Assembly: GCA_963812015.1 (NCBI GenBank)
Contig: CAWETI010000002.1
Coordinates: forward strand, 1,613,213-1,677,212
DNA length: 64,000 nt
Direction of reading: 5' to 3'
Source: an uncultured delta proteobacterium
GTDB taxonomy: Bacteria > Desulfobacterota > Desulfobaccia > Desulfobaccales > 0-14-0-80-60-11
Below are positions 62,977 to 64,000 of this stretch, one piece after another. Position 1 is the stretch's first letter. Every line of letters begins with the position of its first letter. The notes under the pieces are model-generated. The model searched no databases and was not told the DNA's origin. It saw only the letters and a program-made list of their open reading frames with translations. The position numbers were made by a program, and so were the translations under genes.

Positions 62977-63062
62977 CATCCCCCTTTTTTAAAAGGGGAT
63001 GGAGGGGGATTATAAAATATAGACTAATCCCCCCTCCCCCCCCCTTGAGAAAAGGGGGGTTA
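62977..63062. repeat. Inverted pair of REP-like palindromes
   Basis: atcccccttttttaaaaggggatggagggggatta...taatcccccctccccccccttgagaaaagggggg. Confidence 0.6.
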
Positions 63063-63122
63063 AAAGAAGCAGTTTATGACCAAGAATTATAAGGATTATA
63101 AGGGGCAGGGATTCAGCTCGAG

Positions 63123-64000
63123 ATGATCTCCGGCATCCTGCTCATGGACAAAGCTGAGGGCGTCACCTCCTTCGAGGTGGTGCGCCGGGCCCGGCGGGCT
63201 TTAGGGATACGGAAGATCGGCCACCTGGGCACCCTGGACCCTATGGCCACGGGGCTGTTACCCCTGTGCCTGCTGGAGGCCACCAAGCTGACGCCGTACC
63301 TGATGCCCGAGCCTAAGGTGTACCGGGCCCGGGTCAGGTTGGGGATCGCCACCGACACCCAGGATGCCACCGGGGCCGTGGTGGCCCGGTGCGAGGCGAT
63401 GCCCTTCCCGGAGCAGATTTATCAGGCCGCGGCCCGTTTTGTGGGAGAGGTGACCCAGATCCCGCCGATGTATTCCGCGGTGCACTATCAGGGGGAGCGG
63501 GCCTACCGCCTGGCTCGGCGGGGAGAGGTGGCGGATTTGGCCTCCCGGACAGTGACGGTCTACGAACTGGTGGTGGCGGACGTGGCCATTCCGGAGTTCA
63601 CCATGACCGTGCGGTGCTCCCAGGGGACTTATATCCGCACCCTGGCCCAGGATTTGGGCGAGGCCCTGGGATGCGGGGCGCATCTGGCGGCGCTCAGGCG
63701 CCTGGCGGTGGGGGCGTTCCGGGTGGAGGAAGCCTTGCCCCTGGCGCGCCTTCCTGAACTGGACCGGGAGGAACTGGCGGAGAGGGTCATGCCGCTGTCG
63801 GCCTGCCTGCCGGGGTTGCGCTCGGTTGAGGTGGGCTGGACGGAGGCCCGGCGGTTGCGCCAGGGGCAGCCCCTTTCGCTGCCGGCTGACGATTGGCAGG
63901 ACGGAGAACGGGTGCGGGTGCTGGCGGACGCCGAACTGGTGGCGGTGGCCCAGGTAAGGAGCCTGGCGCCCCAGGCGGTGCTGGCCCCGGTGCGGGTGTT
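63123..64000 (+). CDS. truB: tRNA pseudouridine(55) synthase (partial, runs off window)
   Basis: MISGILLMDK..KIGHLGTLDPMATG..PPMYSA..CSQGTYIRTLA. Confidence 0.95.
   Translation, partial: MISGILLMDKAEGVTSFEVVRRARRALGIRKIGHLGTLDPMATGLLPLCLLEATKLTPYLMPEPKVYRARVRLGIATDTQDATGAVVARCEAMPFPEQIYQAAARFVGEVTQIPPMYSAVHYQGERAYRLARRGEVADLASRTVTVYELVVADVAIPEFTMTVRCSQGTYIRTLAQDLGEALGCGAHLAALRRLAVGAFRVEEALPLARLPELDREELAERVMPLSACLPGLRSVEVGWTEARRLRQGQPLSLPADDWQDGERVRVLADAELVAVAQVRSLAPQAVLAPVRV

Noticed and set aside
1..64000. CRISPR array, cas genes, rRNA, reverse transcriptase
   Set aside because: No regularly spaced repeat-spacer array and no recognisable motifs seen

Overview
Deltaproteobacterial-type (Desulfobacterota-like) chromosome segment; the taxonomy is an inference from gene content. 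About 1-54.3 kb is the right part of a large integrated element: a tyrosine integrase and an XRE HTH gene abut the 3' end of tRNA-Leu(CAG), and the left end lies outside the window. The element holds phage/satellite-like genes (PC4, DUF5131, TerS-like) and a defence block: a FokI-like nuclease, a Type IIG/ISP-family R-M enzyme, and an unknown small-ORF/HExxH/HD trio. It also holds about 40 kb of metal and tetrapyrrole acquisition cargo: Zur-like regulator with a Zn ABC transporter, a cobalamin-riboswitch btu/cbiZ operon, a TonB receptor-ABC-CobN-ChlI/D operon, TonB-ExbBD, DUF3842 and CooT. The rest is core genome (ribF, tRNA-Gly, a RelE-type TA pair, rimP-nusA-infB-DUF503-rbfA-truB). The most striking unexplained signal is a promoter + twin (A(U/C)GAA-loop) hairpin + overlapping intrinsic terminator leader found three times, upstream of both non-B12 TonB receptor units and the exbB operon. 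It looks like a protein-dependent antitermination system, and the CooT/DUF3842 pair are local candidate trans factors.
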